Below, in pieces: positions 9,323 through 19,152 of a stretch of 64,000 bases of DNA (the first letter of the stretch is position 1; each line of letters starts with the position of its first letter). The position numbers and the translations under genes were made by a program. This stretch comes from Candidatus Kerfeldbacteria bacterium (lineage in GTDB: Bacteria; Patescibacteriota; Patescibacteriia; UBA9570), in the NCBI GenBank assembly GCA_016182495.1, contig JACPGK010000032.1, forward strand, positions 23,917 through 87,916. The letters are read 5' to 3'. Under the pieces are notes generated by a model. It was not told the origin of the DNA. It saw only the letters and a program-made list of their open reading frames with translations, and did no database searches.

Positions 9323-10350
9323 CGGTCAAGTAAAAACAACATTAAACCTAAACTGGCAGTCACCATAGCAATAATCCAAAACCGCATTACTATTTTAGGT
9401 TCGGGCCAGCCGTTGGCTTCTAGATGATGATGAATCGGTGCCGATGTAAACAGTTTTCGACCAAACAGTTTTTTTGAAATCATCTGTAGTAAAGCCGATA
9501 CGGTTTCAATAACAAACACGAACCCAATTAATGGTAGTAAGGCGGCATAATTAGTCAGTAAAGCAATCACGCCTAGAGTAACGCCTAAAGACATGGCGCC
9601 GGTATCGCCCATGATAAATCGAGCCGGAAAAATATTAAACCACAAAAAGGCTAACAGCGCTCCACCGATTACTCCACAAAATGCCGCTAAATCATAACGC
9701 CCTAACAAAAACGCCACTATCCCATACACCGAAAAAGCCGCCATCAAGGTACCGCCGGCTAGACCATCCAAACCATCAGTTTCGTTGACCGAAAAACTAG
9801 TGGCTACAATCACACCGATAAATACCGGTATATACCACCAACCAATTTGGATGTTGCCAAAAAATGGAATGTGCAGTACATCCCAATCTAATTTAAAGTA
9901 AAACCAAACTGCTCCCACCAGCGCAATGGCCGTATAAATCAATAGGCGATGACGCATGCGCAACCCACCGCCGTGTGAACCTTGGCGACGAATATTAAAA
10001 ATATCATCAACCAACCCCACCCCGGCCGAAACTAACAAAACGCCTAACGGTAAAAAAGTTTCAGAACGGGATAAAAAGTTCAAAAAACCTAATTTAGGCC
10101 ATACGCCTGCAACCACACTGCCAGCTAAGGTTAGCATTGCTGTAGTTCCCCAAATTAATATTCCACCCATGGTGGGGGTGCCCGCTTTACTAGCATGTAA
10201 TTGCGCATACACCGGGGCTTCACTCGCCAAACGAATCTGCTTACCCAATTTATATCGGTATAAAAAATGAGTCAGCACAGGCGTACAAACTGTGGCAACA
10301 ATAAAGGAACTGGTTCCTAAAAATAATATTCGCACCAACTGATCCACCAT
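9319..10350 (-). CDS. mraY: Phospho-N-acetylmuramoyl-pentapeptide transferase
   Basis: KAGTPTMGG, GLVDD, VNETDGLDGL, FMGDTGA-like IMGDTGA, APIHHHLE. Confidence 0.96.
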   Translation of the reverse strand: MVDQLVRILFLGTSSFIVATVCTPVLTHFLYRYKLGKQIRLASEAPVYAQLHASKAGTPTMGGILIWGTTAMLTLAGSVVAGVWPKLGFLNFLSRSETFLPLGVLLVSAGVGLVDDIFNIRRQGSHGGGLRMRHRLLIYTAIALVGAVWFYFKLDWDVLHIPFFGNIQIGWWYIPVFIGVIVATSFSVNETDGLDGLAGGTLMAAFSVYGIVAFLLGRYDLAAFCGVIGGALLAFLWFNIFPARFIMGDTGAMSLGVTLGVIALLTNYAALLPLIGFVFVIETVSALLQMISKKLFGRKLFTSAPIHHHLEANGWPEPKIVMRFWIIAMVTASLGLMLFLLDR

Positions 10351-10733
10351 TATGAATGCTGGGTAATAATAATTAAGGCTATAGCTAGGCCTAACAATAA
10401 CTCTAACAGCACTGTACTGCTTAGCAACAGGTAACTTATCATGATATCACGTTGCCGCCAGTGCCAGGCCAAAATACCGTTCAATAGCAGTATCACTGTA
10501 CCAGATAATGGCATATACAGTAGCTGATACCACTCGCCAACCAAATCGACACCAAAATAAATAGTATAGTGCAGAGGCACTAAATCACTGGTTGGTGGAA
10601 TAAACCAATACAGTGCTAGCCACTGGCCGGCCTGTAGTAACCCAGCTATTAGACTGCTCCATACCAGTATCGGTTGCTGCCACCAGTGTCCGGCACTAGC
10701 TGCTTGAGCAATAAGTGTGCGCGTTGTTGCCAT
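10350..10733 (-). CDS. Membrane protein (DUF1648-like, VPLHY..YFGVD)
   Basis: Three TM helices with a VPLHYTIYFGVD motif; 1-nt overlap with mraY. Confidence 0.55.
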   Translation of the reverse strand: MATTRTLIAQAASAGHWWQQPILVWSSLIAGLLQAGQWLALYWFIPPTSDLVPLHYTIYFGVDLVGEWYQLLYMPLSGTVILLLNGILAWHWRQRDIMISYLLLSSTVLLELLLGLAIALIIITQHS

Positions 10734-10741
10734 TGATCTAT

Positions 10742-10772
10742 ACTATACCAGATTGCAAAAAAATGGTATAAT
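10742..10772. promoter_or_regulatory. Back-to-back extended -10 promoters for the mraY operon (-) and the pilus operon (+)
   Basis: Minus strand: TGG-TATAGT, 8 nt before ATG 10733. Plus strand: TGG-TATAAT (10764-10772), 6 nt before ATG 10779. Confidence 0.7.
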
Positions 10773-10778
10773 TTTTTC

Positions 10779-12506
10779 ATGATTCATCCTGATCGAATCA
10801 AGCGTGTGTTGCTGAAGCATAGTATTGTTACAGAAAAAATTGCAGATGACTTAATTGCTCAAGCCAAACAAAAAAATGTCAACTTATTGATTTTTTTAGA
10901 ACAGCAAGAGCTTATTCCTGAAGAAGATTTATATGAAAAATTAGCCAGCGACTTTGCTGTACCGTTTATCAATCTGCAAAACGTTACTATCCCGCAACCA
11001 GTACTGGAAATACTACCTGAAGCCATTGCTCATACTCATGAAGTGGTAGTATTTGAATATAATCAAGCGGATCATAGCATTAAAATTGCCACCACTGACC
11101 CAGACGATTTGCAAACCATTGATTTTTTACGCAAAAAAACTGGCTGCACTGTAACGGTATACTTTACTACTCCAGCCAGTATTACAGCCGTCGTCAGCCA
11201 GTATCATAGCCATATTGAAAAAGAATTTGCTCTGTTTCAGCAACCCCTCGAGCGCGGTAATCAATTATCAGCTAGCGATATTACGCAAAATATCCCGATT
11301 ATTAAAATGGTGGATACCATTTTAGATTATGCCATTTTTCAAAATGCTTCAGATGTGCATATTGAACCGACCGATAAAAATATTGTTATTCGATTTCGGG
11401 TAGATGGTATTTTGCGTGACGTGATGACTTTACCAAAATCGATTCAATCTGGTTTAGTAGCCCGCATAAAAATTTTAGCTAACCTGAAATTAGATGAGCA
11501 TCGCTTACCACAAGATGGCCGACTGAATATTACAGCTAATGCGAAACGAGTGGCTGTACGGGTATCAATTTTGCCAGTGTACGATGGGGAAAAAATTGTC
11601 ATGCGGTTATTGGACGAATCAAAAAATATTTTAACACTAGAACAGCTTGGTTTAAATACTGTCGCTTTAGCCGTGTTGCGGCGACACATCACTAAGCCAC
11701 ACGGTATGATTTTAGCCACTGGTCCAACTGGTTCAGGCAAAACCACCACTTTATACACCGTGTTGAGCATTATGAATACTCCTGGGGTGAACATTTCAAC
11801 CATTGAAGATCCTATCGAGTACCGCATGAACCGAATCAATCAAAGCCAGGTGAATCCTAAAATTGGCTTTACCTTTGCTTCTGGTTTACGCTCACTGTTA
11901 CGCCAAGATCCTAATATTATTATGGTTGGAGAAATTCGTGATGACGAAACAGCTCAAATCGCTGCTCATGCGGCCATGACCGGGCATTTAGTACTATCAA
12001 CCTTACATACTAATGATGCTATTAGTGCCGTTTTTCGATTAGCGGAAATGGCCGTGCCTCATTTTTTAATTGCTTCAACTGTCAATGTTATTGTAGCGCA
12101 ACGTTTAGTCAGACGCATTTGTTCGGATTGCGTGCAAAGCTATCAATTAAATAAAGCCAGCATTGATGAAATTAGTCAGCGTTATAATTTAACCGATGTG
12201 CTGGATGGTTTTAAACGATTAGGTGAGGAATTAACTGAAGATGGCAGTTTAGAACATTTAAACTTTTTTCGGGGCGGAGGGTGCGCCAAATGTGGTGATA
12301 CTGGTTATCGCGGTCGTTTGGGTTTATACGAGGTGTTTGAAATGACTGAAGCGGCTAGTCAAGCCGTGTTGCGTCAGGCTAGTAAAGAAGAGCTATTACA
12401 GATTGCGATGCGAGATGGTATGATTACCATGGCACAAGATGGTTTTGTAAAAGCCAAGCGCGGTTTAACAACGATTGAAGAAATACTACGGGTAGCTAAA
12501 GAATAA
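10779..12506 (+). CDS. pilB: Type IV pilus assembly ATPase PilB/GspE
   Basis: ASDVHIEP, RLPQDGR, TGPTGSGKTTTLY, TIEDPIEY, LRQDPNIIMVGEIRD, CxxC..CxxC. Confidence 0.92.
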   Translation: MIHPDRIKRVLLKHSIVTEKIADDLIAQAKQKNVNLLIFLEQQELIPEEDLYEKLASDFAVPFINLQNVTIPQPVLEILPEAIAHTHEVVVFEYNQADHSIKIATTDPDDLQTIDFLRKKTGCTVTVYFTTPASITAVVSQYHSHIEKEFALFQQPLERGNQLSASDITQNIPIIKMVDTILDYAIFQNASDVHIEPTDKNIVIRFRVDGILRDVMTLPKSIQSGLVARIKILANLKLDEHRLPQDGRLNITANAKRVAVRVSILPVYDGEKIVMRLLDESKNILTLEQLGLNTVALAVLRRHITKPHGMILATGPTGSGKTTTLYTVLSIMNTPGVNISTIEDPIEYRMNRINQSQVNPKIGFTFASGLRSLLRQDPNIIMVGEIRDDETAQIAAHAAMTGHLVLSTLHTNDAISAVFRLAEMAVPHFLIASTVNVIVAQRLVRRICSDCVQSYQLNKASIDEISQRYNLTDVLDGFKRLGEELTEDGSLEHLNFFRGGGCAKCGDTGYRGRLGLYEVFEMTEAASQAVLRQASKEELLQIAMRDGMITMAQDGFVKAKRGLTTIEEILRVAKE

Positions 12507-12513
12507 GTATACT

Positions 12514-13578
12514 ATGGCAAAAAAAATAACGTTCGCGATTCGGTCGGTACCGCCAGTTGATAAAATCTTTTTTGTACAAAATTTAGCGTTAATGGTGAAA
12601 ACCGGTTTCTCTATTTCTGATGCATTACAAGCCCTGATTAAGCAAACAAAAAATAATCTGTTTAAACGGACCATTGCCCAATTGCATCATGATGTATTGG
12701 CCGGGGTCAATTTTGCTTCAGCCTTAAGCAAACACCCGGCGGTATTTAATGAATTGTTCGTCAATTTAGTCGCCACTGGAGAAATCAGTGGTAATTTAGA
12801 AAATACGCTCCAAGAAATTGCCGTTCAACTCAAAAAAAGCTACGCCTTAAAACGTAAAATTCGCAATGCCATGATTTATCCGGCATTGATAGTGACGGTG
12901 ATGATTATTGTTGGAGTCGGTGTATTCGTGTTTGTGGTGCCAAAAATTCTTGATCTGTACACACAAAATAACTATGTGCTGCCTCTGCCTACTCGAATTA
13001 TTTTGTGGTTAAGCACTTTTCTGCAACACAATGCTCTAGTGATCAGTGTCAGTGTGATTGCTATAGTACTTGGCATGATTGGTTTGTGGCGCACAACCGG
13101 CGGACGGCAGGTATTCGACAAATTATTACTGCGCTTACCAATTGTTGGAGAAATTATTAAAAAAGTGACCATTGCAAAAATGATGCGGATTCTTAATTCA
13201 TTAATCGTCACGGATATTCCAATTGTCAAAAGTTACCAATTGATCGCCCATGCGTTAGGCAATACCAGTTACCGTAACCATTTATTACAATCGAGCGAAT
13301 TACTGACTAAAGGCGGCAGCTTGTATTCAACCATTTCAAGCCGAGCAGATTTATTTAACCCCGTAATCGCTCAAATGGTGAATGTTGGTGAACAAACCGG
13401 AGCATTGGATAAAATTACTGCAGAAATTGCTACCTTTTATGAAGATGAGGTAGAGGCAGTGATGTCTAACTTAACGGTTATTATTGAACCAGTACTGATG
13501 GTAGCCATTGGTGCTGGCGTTGGATTTTTAGCCGTTGCCATTGTTATGCCAATTTATGCCTTGGTGGAACAAATCTAA
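12514..13578 (+). CDS. pilC: Type IV pilus platform protein PilC/GspF
   Basis: GEISGNL, AMIYP, LPLPT, MVNVGEQTGAL, IEPVLM, AIVMPIY. Confidence 0.92.
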   Translation: MAKKITFAIRSVPPVDKIFFVQNLALMVKTGFSISDALQALIKQTKNNLFKRTIAQLHHDVLAGVNFASALSKHPAVFNELFVNLVATGEISGNLENTLQEIAVQLKKSYALKRKIRNAMIYPALIVTVMIIVGVGVFVFVVPKILDLYTQNNYVLPLPTRIILWLSTFLQHNALVISVSVIAIVLGMIGLWRTTGGRQVFDKLLLRLPIVGEIIKKVTIAKMMRILNSLIVTDIPIVKSYQLIAHALGNTSYRNHLLQSSELLTKGGSLYSTISSRADLFNPVIAQMVNVGEQTGALDKITAEIATFYEDEVEAVMSNLTVIIEPVLMVAIGAGVGFLAVAIVMPIYALVEQI

Positions 13579-14884
13579 CGGCGTTACTATTCTTGAAGCC
13601 ATTATTGCCGTAGCGGTGATGGCGTTAGTTTCTGGCAGTGTATTGGGGTTGTTATGGGGTGGCTTAAAATCAGCTGATGCTAATCAACGCCGCCAACTGG
13701 CGGTTGGTTTAGCCAATCAGCAACTCGAAATTATTAAAAATTTACCATACGATTCTGTTGGTACAACTGGTGGCGTACCATCTGGCAACTTGCCACAGAC
13801 ACAAACCAGTGTCATTAATAATACTACTTATACTATTACGACAGATGTGCATTATGTCGACGATAACTATGATCAAAAAACTCCTAATGATACTTTAAAT
13901 ACCGATTATAAACGAGTTGAAATTATTGTAACTTGGCCACACACTGATCAGGTGGTTGAAACATCAACGCTGATTGTTCCAAATGGTATTGAAAACAATG
14001 CTACTGGTGGCACCTTGTGGCTAGAAGTGTATGATCCTACTACTGATCCAGTCACACTCATTAATAAAGCCACGGTTACCATTTTGGCACCAACCGTAAC
14101 GCCCGCTGTATCGTTGAGCGTTAAAACTGATACTGATGGCCGCTATATTTTACCAGGCGCACCGGTTGGCACAGAAGCGTATCAAATTACGGTAACAAAA
14201 ACTGGTTATGGTTCAGCCCGTACCTATACAGCTGATATCGAGATGAATCCTAATCCCAATCCAGCCGATTTAAGTGTAGCGCAAGGTGAAGTGACGACAG
14301 AATATTTTCAAATTGCTCGCTTAGCCGACAGTATTAGTTTGCATACGCGAGATATCACGACTGATGCACCAGTGACTGTAGCCTTTGCTATACATAGTGA
14401 TAGTGTAATTGGCAGCGATGGTAGTGGTAATGAAATTTATGAATACAGTACTATCAATCTAACTGATGCGGCTGGCGGCTGGCAGTTGAATGATCCCGAA
14501 TCTGGTAACTATACTATTATTTTTGATGAAGCTGCCATTGGTTATGTGGTCGCTGGCACAACTCGCGATATTCCATTTGAAGTATTACCAAACGCTAACG
14601 AATCAGTCACGATCTATTTGCACAGCGCTATTCCATTTTCTGGTTTACTAACGGTGGTGGATGCGAATAACGCTCGCTTAGCCGACGCTACCGTACGTTT
14701 GTACACGGCTGATTTAACGTTCGATGTCACGCAAACAACTACCAGTTACGGTCAGACATTTTTTGATACGATTACGGCCGGCTCGTATTTAATTGATGTT
14801 ACCGCAACGGGGTATGCCGTGTATAATGGTTCAATCATCATTGGTGGTAATGATGAACAGACTATTTATATGGCTACGCTTTAA
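13556..14884 (+). CDS. Large minor pilin with C-terminal beta-sandwich (carboxypeptidase-regulatory-like) domains
   Basis: Prepilin motif G|VTILE plus hydrophobic helix; QQLEIIKNLPYD; TDTDGRY and TTSYGQTFF repeats. Confidence 0.75.
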   Translation: MPWWNKSNGVTILEAIIAVAVMALVSGSVLGLLWGGLKSADANQRRQLAVGLANQQLEIIKNLPYDSVGTTGGVPSGNLPQTQTSVINNTTYTITTDVHYVDDNYDQKTPNDTLNTDYKRVEIIVTWPHTDQVVETSTLIVPNGIENNATGGTLWLEVYDPTTDPVTLINKATVTILAPTVTPAVSLSVKTDTDGRYILPGAPVGTEAYQITVTKTGYGSARTYTADIEMNPNPNPADLSVAQGEVTTEYFQIARLADSISLHTRDITTDAPVTVAFAIHSDSVIGSDGSGNEIYEYSTINLTDAAGGWQLNDPESGNYTIIFDEAAIGYVVAGTTRDIPFEVLPNANESVTIYLHSAIPFSGLLTVVDANNARLADATVRLYTADLTFDVTQTTTSYGQTFFDTITAGSYLIDVTATGYAVYNGSIIIGGNDEQTIYMATL

Positions 14885-14886
14885 TT

Positions 14887-15510
14887 ATGATATCAATCAA
14901 CCGCCGTGGCTTTACCTTGATTGAAGCGGTGGTAGCTATGCTGATTACTGCCTTAATGATATTGGTTGGATCTGATTTATTAATTAATGGCAATCGTTTA
15001 GCCAACACCATCAGTGAACAAACTGATGCTATTACTACGGCCCGAGTAGCCCTTGATCCGGTAGGTAAAATTGTGCGCGAATTACGCAGTGGTGAAAATG
15101 GTGAGTACCCAATTATAGTAGCTGAAGCTGATTCATTCATTTTTTATTCTGATGTTGATAGCGACGCCCTCACTGAACAAGTTGAATACACCGTGGTTGG
15201 CACCGAATTGCGGCAACGCCTAATTGAACCAAGTGGTGATCCTGCCACTTATGATCCCGCCGCTACAGTTGAAACAGTTATTGCTAATGGCATTGTCAAC
15301 ACCAGTCTTACGGCTGAACCAATTTTCCGCTATTATACCAGTGACTATCCAACTGATACTACGAACAATCCTTTACCAACTCCGGCTGATGTTACTGCTA
15401 TTACGTTGGTAGCAATTCACCTTGACATCAATATTAATCCAAACCAGTTACCCGAAACGAGCGCCGTGGAGACATTTATTCAACTACGTAACCTTAAAAC
15501 CAACTTATGA
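14887..15510 (+). CDS. Minor pilin (PilW/GspJ-like)
   Basis: RRG|FTLIE prepilin motif; C-terminal QLRNLK. Confidence 0.82.
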   Translation: MISINRRGFTLIEAVVAMLITALMILVGSDLLINGNRLANTISEQTDAITTARVALDPVGKIVRELRSGENGEYPIIVAEADSFIFYSDVDSDALTEQVEYTVVGTELRQRLIEPSGDPATYDPAATVETVIANGIVNTSLTAEPIFRYYTSDYPTDTTNNPLPTPADVTAITLVAIHLDININPNQLPETSAVETFIQLRNLKTNL

Positions 15511-16871
15511 AACGAGGCAGCAACCTTATTATCGCCATTATCTTTGGTGGTTTAATTGTGATGAGTAGCGGTGCTTTAATTAGTTTATTAATTGTGCAAC
15601 AACGTACCGTGCGTAACAACGTTGCTAAAGAACAAGCTCTGCAAGTTGCCGAGGCTGGTTTAAATCGCTACCGTTGGATATTAGCGCACGACCCTGAAGA
15701 TTTTGCGGGCCAAGATAAAGATTATGTAGACGCCGATGGTGATACCATCGGACACTATACCGTAACAGTGACGCCTCCTCAAATTGGCTCGACAGTGGTG
15801 ACTTTAACGGCTACTGGTTGGACCACAGCCTATCCAAATGTTCAACGAACCCTACGCGCCCGCTATGGTCAAGGATCATACGCCGAATATGCCGTGCTGA
15901 CCGATGCGAATATTTGGTTTGGTGAGGAAGAAGAAGTGCACGGAAAATTACATTCTAATGGCGGTATTCGAATGGATGGCACGGTAGATTCACAAACTAC
16001 CTCCATTCAAGAAACCTACATTTGTGGAGCTGAACATGGCTGTGATGATGAAGAAAAACCAGGAATTTGGGGTGATGGCGGTGATACTCAATACTGGGAT
16101 TTTCCAATTGCCGACGGGGTTGATTTTGATGCTATCACTCTAGATTTAGAAACGATGCATGAGGTGGCTGAAATTGATGGTATTTTATTAGGAGATTCGG
16201 GTGAATATGGCTATCATATTGTATTTAATAATACCGGCACGTTCACGGTGTATGTGGTGACGAAATTAAAAAATTCCGCCTATGGTTCGGATGGAAAAAG
16301 TTGGCGCTATTTTTCCTATGATATTAAACAGGAATCTGTGTTAGCTGGATATGAAAACGTAGCCTTACCAGCCAGTGGCATTATTTTTGTAGAAGATGAC
16401 ACTTGGGTATCGGGTCAAGTGGCTGGTCGAGTAACTGTTGCGGCCGCCAAGTTGCCAGAACCAGGCGATGAAACCATCGATATTATGATTCCAGATAACA
16501 TTACCTATTATCCTGATCGCACCAGTGGATCGGTACTAGGGTTAGTGGCGCAGCACGACGTGACTATTTCATTGGAAGTGCCAACTGATCTGACTATTGA
16601 TGCCGCTTTGCTGGCTCAAACTGGCCAAGTGTATCGAGTGTATTTTCATCCTAATTCAAATAAAACCCATGCGGTAAAAAATTATATTGAAACCTACGGC
16701 ACAGTGATTACGCATGGTATTTGGACCTGGAGTTGGGTGAATGCCAGTGGCAATGTTACCTCTGGCTTCCAACAAACCAACTCGATTCATGATCCAGCCT
16801 TAGTATATGCTCCGCCACCTTATTTTCCCACCAAAGATGAGTACACCTTTTTATCGTGGGAGGAGCTATGA
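15507..16871 (+). CDS. PilX-like minor pilin / tip protein
   Basis: KRG|SNLII without Glu5; QALQVAEAGL; GKLHSNGGI; C-terminal DP.L..PPPYFP..WEE. Confidence 0.75.
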   Translation: MKRGSNLIIAIIFGGLIVMSSGALISLLIVQQRTVRNNVAKEQALQVAEAGLNRYRWILAHDPEDFAGQDKDYVDADGDTIGHYTVTVTPPQIGSTVVTLTATGWTTAYPNVQRTLRARYGQGSYAEYAVLTDANIWFGEEEEVHGKLHSNGGIRMDGTVDSQTTSIQETYICGAEHGCDDEEKPGIWGDGGDTQYWDFPIADGVDFDAITLDLETMHEVAEIDGILLGDSGEYGYHIVFNNTGTFTVYVVTKLKNSAYGSDGKSWRYFSYDIKQESVLAGYENVALPASGIIFVEDDTWVSGQVAGRVTVAAAKLPEPGDETIDIMIPDNITYYPDRTSGSVLGLVAQHDVTISLEVPTDLTIDAALLAQTGQVYRVYFHPNSNKTHAVKNYIETYGTVITHGIWTWSWVNASGNVTSGFQQTNSIHDPALVYAPPPYFPTKDEYTFLSWEEL

Positions 16872-17770
16872 TTTTCTTTAATGGCCAAACCAGAGTAGGC
16901 ATCGATTTAAGCGACTATAAAGTGCGCTTAATTGCCTTGACTGGGACTCGTAAACCAAGTATTCGAACATTTTGCGAAATAGACATACCAACCGGCACTA
17001 TCAATGAAGGGGCTATTCAAAAAACCGAAGTAGTGGTGCAGTTACTCAAAACCCTAGCTCGTCATTGTAAAGGATTACACTGGCACGATCGTACTGTACG
17101 AGTTGGTATACCAGAACAACAAAGTTTTATTACCACCGTATCGCTCGATAGTAACCACAAAGGTGATAACATTGATCAAGTGTTAGAAGTGATACCGTTT
17201 AAAAAAGAAGAACTCTACTATGATGTGCATGAACACCGTACCAGACAAGCTATGTCCATCGCAGCTGCTCGCAAAGCGTTTGTTGATCAGTATTTACAAA
17301 TATTTTCAGCGGCCAATTTCCATGTGGTAGCATTATATAGCGAAGCCGAGGCGATGGCCACTGCCTTGCTCGATAAAACAACCTCGACCACTGCCGGGAT
17401 TATTATTATTGATCTTGGTCGGGCTCGTACTACGGTAATTTTTTGCTGTAAAGGGTTAGTTTATTTTACAACCAGTTATCCTAGCGTGCTGACTGGAGAT
17501 ACTCTGAATCAAGGCAATTTCTTGGCGGTAACGCAACAAGCCATGGCTTTTTATGGTCAGCATTATGCTCAATATGCTACACTGCAACAACTCGTATTGT
17601 GTGGCAGCGGTGCCTATCAGCCAAATCTGGCCACTACTACGCAAACGGCCTGTGCTATTACTACTGTGCTCGGTAATCCATTACAACATATTCGCAGTAA
17701 CCACTTTACTAAAAAATTAAATCGTCCGCTAACATTTACTACGGCTATTGGCTTGGTATTGTATGCTTAA
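16868..17770 (+). CDS. pilM: Type IV pilus assembly protein PilM
   Basis: VGIDLS, IIIDLGRART, LCGSGA, LGNP, TAIGL; operon position. Confidence 0.8.
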   Translation: MIFFNGQTRVGIDLSDYKVRLIALTGTRKPSIRTFCEIDIPTGTINEGAIQKTEVVVQLLKTLARHCKGLHWHDRTVRVGIPEQQSFITTVSLDSNHKGDNIDQVLEVIPFKKEELYYDVHEHRTRQAMSIAAARKAFVDQYLQIFSAANFHVVALYSEAEAMATALLDKTTSTTAGIIIIDLGRARTTVIFCCKGLVYFTTSYPSVLTGDTLNQGNFLAVTQQAMAFYGQHYAQYATLQQLVLCGSGAYQPNLATTTQTACAITTVLGNPLQHIRSNHFTKKLNRPLTFTTAIGLVLYA

Positions 17771-18299
17771 CATTTTACCAGCTGAACAAAAAAATATTCT
17801 CGAACAACAACAGTGGTACTGGGTATTGCGCCAAAGTGCTGTTATTATTATTGCCACTATCCTGCTGGTAAATGGATTAATTATCGGCTGTCAGCAACTG
17901 TTACAACTATGGCAACGTAGCTTAGCCCAACAAACTGATACCATTATTTTAGATGATGACACGGAAAACCGTCTTAAAGCCAAACTCGATCGACTGAACA
18001 ATTTGATTCGAGGCACAAAAAATATTCAAACTACACAGGCTGAACCAGTCAGTATTATCACTGCTTTAATGCCAGCTATCCCCGATCAAGTAGTAATAAG
18101 TAAACTGACCATAGAAATGACTGATAGTAGTGTAACCATTATTGGTACCGTGCGCGACCGAGCGATGTTATCAGTTGTCCGCCAACAATTAGAACAAGCC
18201 GCCATTGATTCTGATCGTTTAACCGAACCTAATTTTGTGGTGACTAATTTAACTTCCGGGGACACTATTCCGTTCACCTTTAGTGCTAGTATACTATGA
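17763..18299 (+). CDS. PilN-like protein
   Basis: MLNILP motif, TM helix, coiled coil, IPDQVVISKL; follows pilM. Confidence 0.72.
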   Translation: MLNILPAEQKNILEQQQWYWVLRQSAVIIIATILLVNGLIIGCQQLLQLWQRSLAQQTDTIILDDDTENRLKAKLDRLNNLIRGTKNIQTTQAEPVSIITALMPAIPDQVVISKLTIEMTDSSVTIIGTVRDRAMLSVVRQQLEQAAIDSDRLTEPNFVVTNLTSGDTIPFTFSASIL

Positions 18300-18838
18300 A
18301 ATTCACCAAACCATCCTATTTAATTCGAGGGATCATTTGGTTCGGCACAGCAGTGTTACTGCTACTGATTAGTATAATTTTTATTATCCGGCCAGGACAG
18401 AGTGCTATTGGCACTACCACTGCTGCTGTTCGTACTGTCATAGCCGAACAAACTACTCCACAATCAGCTACCTCAAATTTAGTACGAGCCGTAAAACGAG
18501 AACAGGATATTGATGCCATGACCATTCAGTTATTAAATAATTACATTGATCCAGCCGCCCCACTCGATTTTATCAACCTACTTGAACAGGCGGCGACTAG
18601 TCGATCGGTTGATGTATCATTTACTATTACTGATCCTATTCCTAGCCATATTCAAGCTGGAGAACCAGCTCCGGTTCGTTTAACGCTGGCAATAACTGGT
18701 GAATTAGTAGCTGTGCTTGAATTTATCAATGATGTTGTAACCCAGCCAATGCAATTAGATATTGCAGCCATCACTATCCAACCAGCTGAACATGGTGCGA
18801 TTCAAGCAAATGTAACAGTAACATCTCACTGGCAATGA
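18296..18838 (+). CDS. PilO-like protein
   Basis: TM helix; FINLLEQAA; LAITGE...LEFIND; ATGA overlap with pilN. Confidence 0.68.
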   Translation: MKFTKPSYLIRGIIWFGTAVLLLLISIIFIIRPGQSAIGTTTAAVRTVIAEQTTPQSATSNLVRAVKREQDIDAMTIQLLNNYIDPAAPLDFINLLEQAATSRSVDVSFTITDPIPSHIQAGEPAPVRLTLAITGELVAVLEFINDVVTQPMQLDIAAITIQPAEHGAIQANVTVTSHWQ

Positions 18839-19152
18839 ACAATTATCAATCCCTGGTTAAAAAATATCTGCCATTCAGCTGCAGTGTACTAGCACTTGGC
18901 TATGTTGGTTACATGATTTGGTTTATTGTGCAAACCAGTGTCTTGCCACTGTTTTCTGATCAAACGTTATTACTGAACAGCGAACAGTATAGTATCCCCG
19001 ATGCAGCCGTACAACGACAAATTGATTTTGCTGACCAGCGCCGTACTAACCGGCCCAATACTGCTGATGTGATTGATCGCTTTGATCATGGTAATGAAGG
19101 AGTTCTTACCAGCACGAATGATGCCTCCGTTGAACAATTACCTACTCCTTAG
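18835..19152 (+). CDS. Single-TM protein in the PilP position
   Basis: ATGA overlap with the pilO-like gene; one TM helix. Function inferred from position only. Confidence 0.5.
   Translation: MNNYQSLVKKYLPFSCSVLALGYVGYMIWFIVQTSVLPLFSDQTLLLNSEQYSIPDAAVQRQIDFADQRRTNRPNTADVIDRFDHGNEGVLTSTNDASVEQLPTP

Noticed and set aside
12508-12513. TATACT directly abutting ATG (also at 18290-18295)
   Set aside because: Zero spacing is incompatible with transcribing the start codon; both genes are operon-internal.
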